A stretch of 63,576 bases of DNA, filler included, from Hausera hauseri (taxonomy: Eukaryota): NCBI GenBank assembly GCA_046269625.1. It is 10 parts of 10 records of this genome, joined end to end, with 100 filler letters (N's around TTAATTAATTAA, not from the genome) between each part and the next. Parts side by side here need not be neighbours in the genome. Positions count along the whole stretch, not along the records: positions 24,594 to 29,020 come from JBJURY010587444.1; positions 29,121 to 33,637 come from JBJURY010545231.1; positions 33,738 to 40,597 come from JBJURY010057774.1; 7 more parts are not named here. The stretch is one strand, 5' to 3'. A program made the translations under genes and the position numbers. Below, piece after piece: positions 24,594-36,544 of this stretch. Within the stretch, counting starts at the first letter, position 1. Each line of letters begins with the position of its first letter. The notes under the pieces were generated by a model. That model saw nothing but the letters and a program-made list of their open reading frames with translations. It did not search any database and had not been told where the DNA came from.

Positions 24594-27500
24594 GTATGTT
24601 TTATGATAGCGACTATTTTATTTGGTACCCCATAGTGTCGAAGTAATTTCCATTGTGTTTCCCTACCTACAGTGTCGAATGCTTTTTCGTAATCAATGAA
24701 GTTAACATATAAGAGGGAATTCCATTCTAGAGACTGTTCTACAATAATGCGTAGTTTTGCTATCTGGTCTATATAGGATCTCCCTTTGCGGAAGCCAACC
24801 CCGGAGTTGTGTATCAACTGCATCCCATATTTTATTTAGGATTATTCTGTTTTAAAACCTTTCCTGATATAGACAGTAGGGTGATTCCTCTATAGTTTAC
24901 ACAGTCTCCAAGATCACCTTCTGGAATTTTAACAAAATGTCCTTCTTTCCTTTCCGAGGGGTCTTGTTCTTCATCCCAAATTTTCATAAAGAAGAGGTAT
25001 AATATAGCTGTTGTAGTACTCGTATCTGCCTTAAGTGCTTCAGCTGGGATGTTGTCAGGTCCTGGTGCCTTATGATTTTTTAGTTGCTAAATTGTTTTCT
25101 GTATTTCCTCTTTTGCAGGTTTTTCACAGGATAGGGGCAAGTCCACTTCAACTGGCTGAATATCTGGTGTGTTTGTGGGGTTGGTCTGTTTAATAGTTTC
25201 TTAAAATGTTCCATCCATCTATCCATTTGTTTTCTTAAGCCTAAAATATGTTTTCCTTCTTTGTCTTTTGCAGGTTTTCCTTGTCATCCAAATTTCCCTG
25301 ATAGATTCTTAGTGGAGTCATATAACTTTTTCATGTTTTCTTTTTGGCATTTGTTCCTGCTTCTTCTGCTACGCTGTTTATGTGTTTTCGTTTATCTTTC
25401 CTGATGCTTTTCTTTGTTTCTCTGTGTATTACTGTGTTCTTCCTTGCCTTTGCTTTCTTTGCTCTTGTACGACTGTTGTTTTTCATTGCCTTCTGTTGTT
25501 TTCGTACCTGTATTTTTTCTAAAGTTTCAGCTATATCCATTCTTTGGTCTGATGTTTCTCGGGCCCCAATATTTCTTTGCAAGTTGACGTGAATGTTTCT
25601 TTAATTTTGGTCCATCTGTTATCTACTGAGTCTTCCTTTTCCAATAAATCTTGTAGTGCCTAGAATTTATTTTTGAGAGTAATTTTATATTCTCAATTTC
25701 TACATGTCTTTCATATACTGGATATTGTACTTCTGGTTTTGTGATTGCCCTTTTATCCTATCTCCATTTAGTTTCAGTTTTGCCACTAGTAAATGGTGGT
25801 CTGAGGCTATATCTACTTCCCTTTTTACCCTCATATCTTCTAAGGTCCCCGTGAATCGTTTGTACAAATGTGATCAATCTGGTTTTCTGTGCTATGATCC
25901 AGTGACACCCAGGTTGCTTTGTGTATTCTTTTGTGAGGAAAAACACTGCCTCCTATAACCAAGCTACCTGATGCACAGAAGTCTATAAAACTGTTTCCAT
26001 TTTCGTTTATTGTCCCAAGTCCATTGCAACCCATTATGTCTTCATATCCCTTATTATCGTCTCGAATTTTTGCAATCAGATCCCCCATTATGATATTAAC
26101 ATCTCTCGATGGGCATTTTTTGCACACAGAGTCCAGATTGCTATAGTTATTTATGTGATGGCGATGAGAGGATAGACAGAAGAAAGCGGACAAAGGGAAA
26201 TAATCAAAACAAAGAACTCAGAGTTAAGTTCCTTATGTTCGAGAAGTCTTAGAGAGGTGGGTTGATAATATAACTCACGGAGGGCACGCTTTTCACATGA
26301 AGGTAAAGGCAGCTCGGAAGCCATGTTGGGGAATCTAAGCTAGATTAAAAATCACTTTGTGGTTAACTGCTGACCAAGGTGGTCAGGAACGTTGGTAACA
26401 CTCAACATTCTGAGTTCGCAAAAAGGATGTTGTGATTTGAATTTTTCGAGAGAGCCGGTTGAAATTTAACGGGCTATCAAGTCAGTTTTGTTATTCTTGG
26501 TAGACTTCAGATGAAATTTCGTCCATACATCAGCTGTATGCAGTGTTTTCATGGTAAAAACGGGAGTCTACTATTTAAAGTTGTATTTTCGTCCAACGGT
26601 TAGTATGGTCGTGAAACACAAGTAAAGGAAGTTTGTATTGATGAGCTTCGACTATGTTTACTAGTCAACTGAACGTAAGTAAGCAGAATCAAGTTCAGTG
26701 TGTAAGGCTGTAACAAAACCAGTCCGCTGTTATATTTAGCAGGCGTCAGACAAGTTTATGTTGACCTAGAACTGGTCTGCTGTTATGAGTCGGCAGGCAT
26801 GCTACGAGAAAGTAATTATAAGCTGATGTGTACTTGATGAAAGCATAGTCAAACCCCAGGCGATGTGTGTTATTGCCAATATGAAGCAACGTTGATAGCA
26901 GAGTATTACATTTGCATCGTTGAATTATATTGAAGAAGGTCTATATAGTAGATAGAGGAAATCTACTGAGAATTGATATTATGGTTGTGAATTAAGGAAG
27001 AATCAAGGCAAGGTTTTCAAGCTTCGATAAATGAAGGTATATTCAAGTATTTATGATACAGTTTATTATCAATCCTTTCGTTTGTCTCTGAAATTGGTAG
27101 CTGTACGACTCCAGTCACTTCTTGCTAAAGCGTAATCATATCAAGGAGGATCAACCATCTTGTTTTTCAGTCAAAATGTCCCAGTCTACGAATCCAATAT
27201 TTGTCTGAATACGTTTCCAGTCCTTGTCTTATGTTGCAGTTCGAGTTTCAGACTACGAGTCCAGTGGTTGTCTAAATACCTTCCAGTCATCATCTATGTC
27301 GCAGTCCGCGAGTTTATGTATGCAGTTGTGAGTTCTGTGAACACGCCATTGTTACAGTGTGTAACTTTATATGGTCCCGGCAGCAGTACGAGGTCTATGT
27401 CAGTCGTTTTATGGTCTTCAAAGACAGTGTTAACAAGTCTGAAAGATAAACAAGGTGTTATGAATTGAAGAGAACTACTTGAGAACATAAACTATAGTGT

Positions 27501-28745
27501 GTGAAGAGACGATGTTGTACAGTTGAAGTGGTGTCACCTTAATGGCAGGAGCATCAGTAATGACGTTGTAGTCAAGGGTAATCATAACTGTTGGTTTTAT
27601 GTCACACTTGTTGGTCTTTGTCTGTCTGTCTTTACCTAATGTTCATAATTGGAATTATTCAGTTGTGTAGTTCTTATGTAGTTATTAAATAATGAAGAAC
27701 TTTGATACGCAGCGTTTAAGTATCAGAGTGTGTTCAATGTCAGTGGTTTAGCTAGTGTGAGCTGAGGACAAGGTATAGCAAGGTATTCTGATACCTGCGT
27801 CAGTCTCCTGGGAACGTAGCACAACGGCGAAGGAAGCACTTAAGATAACGAGGCCACTAGTGTGTATCACTGGCTATATAGCAGTGATATTGTTGAACCT
27901 GTTGGTGAGTTCGATCACACTGATTTAGAAGCATAGACTATCGATAAGAGGGTAGAGTGATAGAAGTACCTATTAACCGGGGTACGCATTACATATATCT
28001 ATTATTAGTACCAATCACATTATTCTGCAGTTCTTTCTTCACTATTATTTGCTGTCGCATAACACTGGATCAGATTCATGTTGATTTTCTTTTTCTGTGT
28101 GCGAAAGGGTGCCATTATAACTCTTGGGCCATATGCTTCACATCCAATGAGCTCTTTCTGTGCTGGTCTTGATAGCATCAATGTTACTACTCATTGGGTA
28201 TGCGGTGAATTTTCCTCTTCATGAACAGAGTGTATGATTAGTTCTCCTGAGCTTAATCTCTTCAGTCCTGATCATAACCACCTTGTTTCACAAATTCCTA
28301 GTATATTAATATTGTAGGTGTTCATTTCCTTTGCTGCTTGTGCGGTTTTTCCAGAATCATACATAGTTTTAACATTCCATGTTTCTATATACATAATTGT
28401 CCTGGTTGAGAGATTGACTGTCAGTCTGTTGGCTGCCAGAATCTTCTGGCTTTCACCACCAGGCGTCATACTGCTTCTAGGAGAAGCCCCATCCCTTCCC
28501 AGGGCGGTCACTTCTTGAGTTATTTTCGACGTTTTCGTAGTAATAGTTTTTACGACGTCGGGCGACTAACCCTGCGACCAACCCCAACCTGGAGGACCAG
28601 TTGGTCCCTCTTAGTCTTGTCGCTACCCTTTGACCTGTCCAGCTTTGTTGAACCTTCTAGCAGTAAGCTACCGCCGGCACAGCTCTCAGGGTCATAGGGA
28701 CACACAAGCCTCTCAATCACTACAAGGTGGAGATACCATTGGGAT
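24594..28745 (-). mobile_element. RTE-clade non-LTR retrotransposon (5' UTR, AP endonuclease, RT N-terminus), decayed and interrupted by an insertion
   Basis: EN: TWNVKTM..ILGICETRW, IQCYA, IMGDL, HKATWVS..ENQIDH. RT: GFRKGRS, FIDYEKAFD, LRHYGVP. Confidence 0.92.
26154..28019. mobile_element. 1866-bp insertion with TG...CA termini (solo-LTR-like) inside the RTE endonuclease
   Basis: Ends TGTGATGG... and ...CCAATCACA form a short inverted repeat, with TTA directly flanking both sides. It splits RTE coding sequence between NNSEERTAE and YSNLDSVC. Confidence 0.7.
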
Positions 28746-30794
28746 AGTGGTAATAACCATGGCCGGCCTTACGAATTGCGGGGCCCAATTTAACGGATGC
28801 TTGCGAGCTCCTCTTCTAAATTTTTTTACAATAACAACTATTACTATTAATTAGATCATTATATCGACATTTATTATACAACATGCATAGGAAGCAACTC
28901 AAAACATAACTTCACAAGCGAATTGTTGTATCATCATCATCAAGTGCCGTGCTGCGAAGCACAGGCTGTCATGGATCTCCACTTCTCGCGATTCCTGGTG
29001 TCTCCAATCATCTCTGCTGTNNNNNNNNNNNNNNNNNNNNNNNNNNNNNNNNNNNNNNNNNNNNTTAATTAATTAANNNNNNNNNNNNNNNNNNNNNNNN
29101 NNNNNNNNNNNNNNNNNNNNAAAAAGTCATGTAGGGGTTTTATCAGGAGCCCTGGATCTGGTCTGAAGACGACTGGATCTGCAGCTCGTCGGGGTGGATC
29201 ACGATCTTTTCCAGCTGGGGAAGAGACAGCGAGGACAGGATGAGGAGGTGAAGGATTAACCTCCTCAGACCTCTAACACTTTATCTCCCTCCTTCTCCTC
29301 CTCGCGGTTATCCTATTCTTCTGCTTCTATCATTTCATCTTCATAATTAAATACAAACCTTATCCAATTTTCTGGCGCAGATATTTCCACAGAAGCCGCT
29401 GCGATAAACCTGTGGACAAACTGACGTCCTGTCAGGTCTCTGCTGTGAGGTCGTGTCCCTTTAGACAGTTGGTAACAAACGTTCAGGGAAACTTCAACAG
29501 TAAACTGCATGAATTAACCATTTAACAACTTTTCTTAAACATTTAAATGTAATAAAATAACTTTAAAAACATTAAATAATACCTTATTTTAATCTTTAAT
29601 TACTCTGTGTTAAAAACGTGTGGTATTGATCTTAGTACCTTGTAAGCAAAATATCAATATTACTGTTAAATTGTCAAATTCTATTATTTCTTTTTTATTT
29701 ACAAAATTCTCTTATTTCTTCTTTTTTTATTTACAAAATAAATTTTGGTTCTTAAATCTTATCAAATCCTAACATGTAAAGTTGTTGCGAGTTCGGCTGT
29801 TAAATTACTTTCAAGTGGTTTCGAATGAACTTTAACTCCGCTATTATGCTAATAACAATAGTTTTGATAGGAATCTCAAAAAAGTTCATAAATTTTCACA
29901 TTGTTTTCATGATAAAAACAAAAGTTATGAACTTTTTGTAACTATACGGAAAAATGTTTTTGGTACCTGTTTCATCTGTAAAAAAAATTCATCTGAAAAG
30001 CTTTGAAAGTTTTTGAAAACCAAATCTTTTCATTTTTGAGAATATTTCAATAATATTTCCTGAGAACGTATTAAAAAAATTGACCGTCTAGGAAATTTCT
30101 TAATAAACTTCAAAAGTATTTTTTTATTGTTGAATGAAACAGAACGTTCATTCAGCTGTATTGGTTCAATTCAGAAAAAAAAACGTATACGATTTTCAGA
30201 TGACACTTTAGTTACCATACTGCCTCTAAAAGTAAAAAGCATTTACTTTCCATATACTCCAGTACATATGAACGGCATTGTACATATTCAGTAATCCCAT
30301 ATATATTCAACATGTTCGTTAATTGCACGATTAAATTTCTAATTAAACAGTTTAAGAAATTGGGCTCGCCTTGATTTCCTGGGCTATTAATAAAAAGGGA
30401 ATTTTCTGTCTGCCCGGGCTTGAAACTCTAGTTACGATTGTGGTGCCCACCGTTCACACGCTCCGAGGCCGGATGGCTGGACGACGTCGGGCGCCTGTCA
30501 TCGCCTTAATGGCGTCCCAGGCCTCCGACCGTGCCAGTTTCTTGCGCCGTTTCCCGTTGCCGCGCGACAGTATGGAGCCGATCTGCCCATCTACAATCAT
30601 CCAACCTAACGGGCTACTACATTCGTATCGGTACCATAGCTCTCGGTATTTTCTCGGATTTCCATTCAATTTTCTCTACATCGTAACGTTCTTCAAATCC
30701 CGGACGCTGTATCGATGATCGATTTATTGTACATTTATGAATCTATCGTGCATTTTTCTTGTTGATATTTTCACTCAGTTTTTCACACTGATTT

Positions 30795-31424
30795 GTGCAG
30801 CAAATCAACAAGTTTTCTCATCAACTATTTATCAAACTCAAGCATTTTATTGACCGGGTCGTTGACGTTCAGGCTAATGTCAACGACAACGCCAAATTAG
30901 CCAAAGGGTTGAAAATGGAGTCCGTTGAATTGTCCGTTGTTTGTTTCTGGTTGGTCAGCATTTGTTTTTCCGTTCCGTTGTTTTCCGTTGCCAATACGAC
31001 GAAATATTTCGCGGATTATTTGGTTTGTTTGCCGGTTTACGATTCAATTTTGGGCTACAAATTACCAACGGCCATTATCACGTTGGCAGCACAGCTGTTG
31101 TGCACGTTTGTCATTTACATCAACATCATATCAATCTAGTCCCGACGACAGATTCTCCCAGTCCGAAATTCGCTATCCGATGAAATGAAGTTGCAAATCG
31201 AGGAAGAGATTCACAGTTCGTTGTTGACGTTCGTCGTCCTCGTTATTTGGATTGCTATGGTCAGGCCGCATTTCATTTGGTTATACGTATCAACTATACC
31301 GAAGGATGTGTTCTGTATTGTGTTCACGTGGATGCGACACTATTACTGTCTCGTGCCTTTTATGCTCATTCTCATTCTAAAAAAATCGTTTCGAACGGTG
31401 TTAATTCGTCAGCAAATCAGCTAG
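30795..31424 (+). pseudogene. Class A (rhodopsin-like) GPCR, TM3-TM7 fragment with one in-frame TAG
   Basis: IDR (DRY-like), TM4 W..P (FWLVSICFSVPLF), ECL2 Cys, TM5 YINI and TM7/helix 8 VPFMLILILKKSFR. 30795..31139 and 31185..31424 are in the same frame. Confidence 0.55.
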
Positions 31425-31744
31425 ATTGCTATTTGAACTGTCACGAATTCGCCTTATTTTGTATTGCCTTTTTAGATCTCCTTTTTGTAAAAAAACCGTT
31501 TTAGTTTATTTTTTTTGTTTAAATATTGTACAAAAAATAGACACTTCACTTTCGTTTTAAATAAAATTCTTTAGTCATTGTTTTAGCAATTTCAAAGTTT
31601 ATTTTACTATTCCAATTTTGTCCTGAATTTAATTTTTAACTGACGTTTGTGTACTGACTATTTTGCTAACGTGGTTCTGCATATGTATATTAGTGTCTGA
31701 TTATTAATTGTACATCGATTGAGAATTCGCTATTTATTATTTAT

Positions 31745-33060
31745 TATTTTCTAAGACAAAATGCAAATTTACAAACTGGTGTCAGATAATGAAGATTGTG
31801 TCAAACGGGCAAATGTTCTTCTATCGAATTCCGGCATTACAATATTGGCTGATTTCGAATTCTCTCGACGATTCAAACCGTTTGATCGACAGTCACAGGT
31901 CATTCTTTTATATAATGTCAAGAAATGGGATAGTATTTCGATTTATGATTAAATATTTCTTAATCTCGGCAACCCGCGATGTTTTGATCCAGAAACGGAG
32001 TCGTACAGTCTGGAGGACGCCCGGGATATCGAATTTCGTATGAGTTTATTTAAAACGGCCGGAATACTACAGACTAAATACGAATGCCTTCAAACATTCC
32101 TCAGTGATGTCTATGCCATCGGATTTATACTTTCCAAATTAATCCTCGACGGAGTACTTTTGGTTTTCAACTGTTATAAAAACATCGTTCGTAAACGGTT
32201 TCAAGAAAATGATAATGCTGATACGTACTGGCGCATTTTGGTGTCGTGCAACAATCTTTTTTGGAGTTGCAATTTGTCTATAGTCTATGATTTGTCAAAA
32301 GTAAATAACCGGACAACAGGTATGATAGCATTCGCTATTATGTTGACTACATCTCTTGATGAAACTACTTTCAAGAATTTGCTACTACAAAATCATCTGG
32401 GAGTTACACTTACCAATTTCATTACTAATATTAATTATTGGTTTATTAACGACTGCAAATGGTATTTGGGCAAATTTACCGTTGATACACCTTTTACGCG
32501 GCCATACTTTTGCCATCTGTCTGCTAATGTTAAGGAAATTAAAGATTATGAAGTAAAAATGCATAAAGAACAGCGCATTATGGCATTTAACGAATGGGTT
32601 ATGGGTGATAATCTACTAGCGAATTTTGCGGAAGACGGTTCGGCTGTTTACTTTCGCCAGGAATTAATCGTATGCGCATGGGCCAGAATCTTATTCACGA
32701 ACTTATGGTGAAAGAACAATCGTCAAGACCTACAAAGGTACCTGACGTCAACTTCGATGCGTCTATGTTTCCCCCATTGCACGAATTACCTGGGAATCTT
32801 AATACTTACGACCTCAATCGACTTTTCTTTCGATATGGACCAGGGGAAAACGCTGACTCCCCTGGCAGAGGTTTGCATTACTTGTCGAGGTACGGTTTGT
32901 TACACTTTTGCGGTATATACAGTTATCATTCCGAAATGGAACAATCACCTTTACAAAACAACCTAAGTCACCCGCGGTGTAACAACCTGCGTGAGGGCAA
33001 TTGGCTTATCGATTTCATATGGCAGCGACTGGATGCTTGTGCGGGTTCGGCCGCCCGGAG
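31745..33060 (+). pseudogene. AGL: Glycogen debranching enzyme fragment with internal deletion
   Basis: MAFNEWVMGDNLLANFAEDGSAVYFRQELI and DLNRLFFR..NLSHPRCNNLREGNWLIDFIWQRL match two AGL blocks that are several hundred residues apart in the intact enzyme. Confidence 0.85.
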
Positions 33061-33737
33061 CTTGCCACGCCGGCGAGGTGATGCCACGGGCCGGGCTGTC
33101 GCTCAAGTGCCGTCCGAGCGCCGGGCTTGTTTGCGTCGTGCACCACAAAACCCACCCGCCGCTTATACCCCCTATGTTTCTTTTTATTTTTTAACTAATA
33201 ATAAACACACACATACACAGGCAAGAATACACCACATATAACACATATCCATTACCTCCTCGCTAATCTCTTAGGCACTTCCACCTTTTTCTCATCATAC
33301 AATGGCCTTATCATCCACACTTTTCACGATTTTCTTCCTTTCGCACAGACTTCTTTCTTTATCCAAATCAACATCAAAATTCTTGGCGGTATGAACTCGC
33401 CACCTTCAGTCGACACCACTGAAAAACCAAAATCAATTCCCATATTACTCTGCGCTGGCACAGTCATACCTTCAGGCCTCCATTTCGGCTACCACTGTAC
33501 TGAATTCTTTATTGATAGTCAAAATTCAAGCCAAACTGGCTTCAATTTCACCAGCTCTGGATGCATTCCGTTAACATTACTGAGCCTCTTCCAAAAGCCC
33601 ATAGTCTCTTCTACTATTTACCGAACTTAATTAAAACNNNNNNNNNNNNNNNNNNNNNNNNNNNNNNNNNNNNNNNNNNNNTTAATTAATTAANNNNNNN
33701 NNNNNNNNNNNNNNNNNNNNNNNNNNNNNNNNNNNNN

Positions 33738-33895
33738 CGATATCATAAATAATCGACCAATTTTTTAATTTATTGTTCACAATTTTATATCCTACTATAT
33801 AAATAATGGACTTGAATTCTAATCGTGTATAATTCTGTACAGCTTTTCAACTTATTCGTTTATCCACTTCTCAATTTATAACATTTCTCCTCCCT
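33738..33895 (-). repeat. Polypurine tract (33884-33895) and start of the 3' LTR (33883 to contig end)
   Basis: Minus strand reads AGGGAGGAGAAA immediately followed by TGTTATAAATTG. Confidence 0.75.
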
Positions 33896-34093
33896 GAATG
33901 GCACACTCGGATGTGCCCATTGCGTCAGGAGAGGTGCCGCGGCGACTGGGACTTCGTAATAATTCCATCCGCTGGCTTAGACTAGGTCCAGAACTGGTAC
34001 TTGACTGGCGTTCTCTGGGGTTCGGTTCCAACTCATAACTGTGATAGGGTTTAATTCTAACTATTCGGGTGTAACTACCATTTGAGTAGTACT

Positions 34094-34825
34094 TTAGGTC
34101 TGCGGCCTCAGCTCGGTATATACTGGACATGTGGTCTTTTCATTATCTAATGTCCATTTCTCTAAGCAATCTCTGCAATATTTATTACGGCAATCCGGGT
34201 TATTTAACACTACATATCCTTGTTTTAGGTTTGCCTCACATACGGGGCATTCGTTCTCCTCTTTCACCCAATTTTCTTCGTCTAGATCTACTCTTAACAT
34301 AATCTCAATAGGTTCTACTATTAACCCTTCTTCATCTTCATATAGATAGGCATAGATTCTTTTTTGTTTCGGATTCATTGAGCTTTTTTTGGGATCACAT
34401 CCAACGGCTATCAAGGTCCAATCGCTGATAGTGCCTCGATCTAAATCGGGAGCTTCACCAGTCGATCGGTATTTTTGATATTGTTTCTTTAACAGCAGCT
34501 TAACTGATTTATCCACGGGAACTATTACTTTACCATTTCGTTTGGGTTGAAATATTGGGGCAATATACTTCCCGATTTTGGGATTTTCTCAGACATACGT
34601 GTTCTCGTAAACTTGTCTGGCAGGCAATAGTTTGACAAAGAACATTGCTTCTTTGATCTTTTGTTTACTATAGTACTCGGTGGTTACTAACATCCTGGGG
34701 TAGTCTGCTGTTGTAGCATAATGGACATTTTCTATGGATGTCTTCTTTCGTAAGACATTTATTTCGGTTATTTGTTCTTCCTGCCTTTTTTGTTTTATTG
34801 TGGGTTTCTCAATGCGGGACTGCAT
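34094..34825 (-). pseudogene. Accessory ORF ending in a C3HC4-type RING finger (about 34118-34249)
   Basis: CPVC-x15-CRNKYCRDCLEKW..CPVY; H>N and C>Y are each single-base changes. 34589..34825 and 34094..34516 share a frame. Confidence 0.7.
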
Positions 34826-35250
34826 CTTTTGTTTTGCGGGTTCTGCTGTTGGTCGTTCTGGTTTTGAATTCTTTCTGCACGATCTTGGTTCTTCTTTTGA
34901 TCCTTTTTCGCCTCCTTTGCTTTTTTCTTGAACAAGTAACCGAAAAAGGACGCTTTCCTTTTTGTTGTTTTATCGCTTTCAGTCTCTGACTTTCTCTATT
35001 CCTCTTCTGTGTGTTTCCGAGGTATTTCTGGTATCTTAAATGAACTATTATTTGCTGTGGCACCATAACTTGTACCGGGTCTTTCATCGATGCGAGCTTT
35101 ATTTTCTGTCTTCACCGTTTTCAATCCCTGTATGGTTATTTGGTAGTTCCAGTCTGGTTTAATTTCAACATTCCTGGGTGGAGAATAAGGGCGAAAATGT
35201 TTGCGGTATCGTGTGCTGAGTCCTTCAAATTTTGGGAAGTTCCGTAAGTT

Positions 35251-36138
35251 TTATCTGGGGTTGGTGGGAGTCCATTCATGTTCCCACTTTAATCCAGCAT
35301 TTATATCCCTTAGATATTGGGATCTTTGACTTGCGGATAGTATTCTACTTATTTTTATGTTTTCCCCGGTCATGATTTCTACCATTAATTTGAAGCGGCC
35401 TTCCATGGTCAGTGGTATGTGACTCCTCTTCTCTTCAACCCTATTTCCCACTTGTCTCATAATAGTCGGGTGGGTTTCTATTTCTCTTACTCCGGCTATA
35501 TATGTTATCGGTATGGCCAATTTCCTCATTATCCTCTCTATTTGATACCCTATTAAGACGTATCCATAGAGGTATTGTATTACTTCTTGTTGTACTAATT
35601 TGAAATCCTTGCCATGATTCAGATGCTCTATTTTAATTCCGGTAATTTCTAAATGAGTTTCAAACACTTTTTGCCTTGGATTGATGATTTTTGAATAAAC
35701 TTCAGTCCCGTTTTCTTCTCGGATGGATATTTCGATGGCAATGTAATTCCCTTCTTCTCCTTCCCCATAATTTATCGCGACAATTCTGAGATTTCTCTCG
35801 TCAGCCACCAGTCTGAACGAGTGCAAATAGGTATCTTGTTCCTCTTTTGTAGGCCTTTGACTAAACTCTAAATGTGGTAACGATATAGGTATTTCTTCTT
35901 ATGTGGTTTCGATCATCATTTTTACTGGTAAGGCGGCCACGCGAAATTCCAATTCGTGATTTTTGAGGCTCCTACTATTGAATACAAAGGTACTAAACCG
36001 GCTTTGTCTCCCTTTGAAGGAATCCCATTTTTGATCCTTTAGCCGATAGTATATTTCCCCGTCCGCCAAATGCACATATTGTCTGTTCTTTATCTGCTTA
36101 ATACTGAGCGATTGGTTTAAAGGGGTATGCCCTAGCAT
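35251..36138 (-). pseudogene. DEDDh (REX4/ISG20/REXO-like) exonuclease domain
   Basis: IVAINYGE..EISIREENGTEVYSKIINP..VFETHLEITGIKIEHLNHGKDFKLVQQEVIQYLYGYVLIGYQI follows the REX4-like consensus. The ExoI acidic motif is degenerate. Confidence 0.75.
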
Positions 36139-36544
36139 ATTTATTCTCCCTCCATGCGTATAAATATACTGTTCTAGCCTCCTCGGTTGTCCCTTTTAAT
36201 CCATTCGGGATTTCACCAACTTTCCCGTATTGCACAAAACGTTTCCTTTGTAATTCCGTGTTTATTTGCCTATAGACGGCCTTTGAATTTGGGATCCGCA
36301 CTGTCACGTAGTTTTGTAGAAATTCGTCGATACTAAGTCGACTAGTCATTTCCTCCGTGTCGATTCTAAGTCGACTCGGAACTTCCTTGGCGTCGATGCT
36401 AATTCGGCTTGGTTCCATCTGGGTCTGAGTACTTACCAATCTGAACAAAAGAACATAAAGGTTAATCTTAAAACAAAGGATGGTTTTAAACCAAAACCAA
36501 TTCTTTGTTTGATGATAGAATAACCTGATCTGTAATTGTCAGGT

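Noticed and set aside
28540-28745. Structured RTE 5' UTR as a possible ribozyme
   Set aside because: Some stems are visible, but I could not assemble an HDV-like or hammerhead core.
30454-30669. GC-rich ORF with a dsRBD-like end (GNGKRRKKLARSEAWDAIKAM)
   Set aside because: Only the C-terminal helix motif resembles a dsRNA-binding domain; too weak to call without a profile search.
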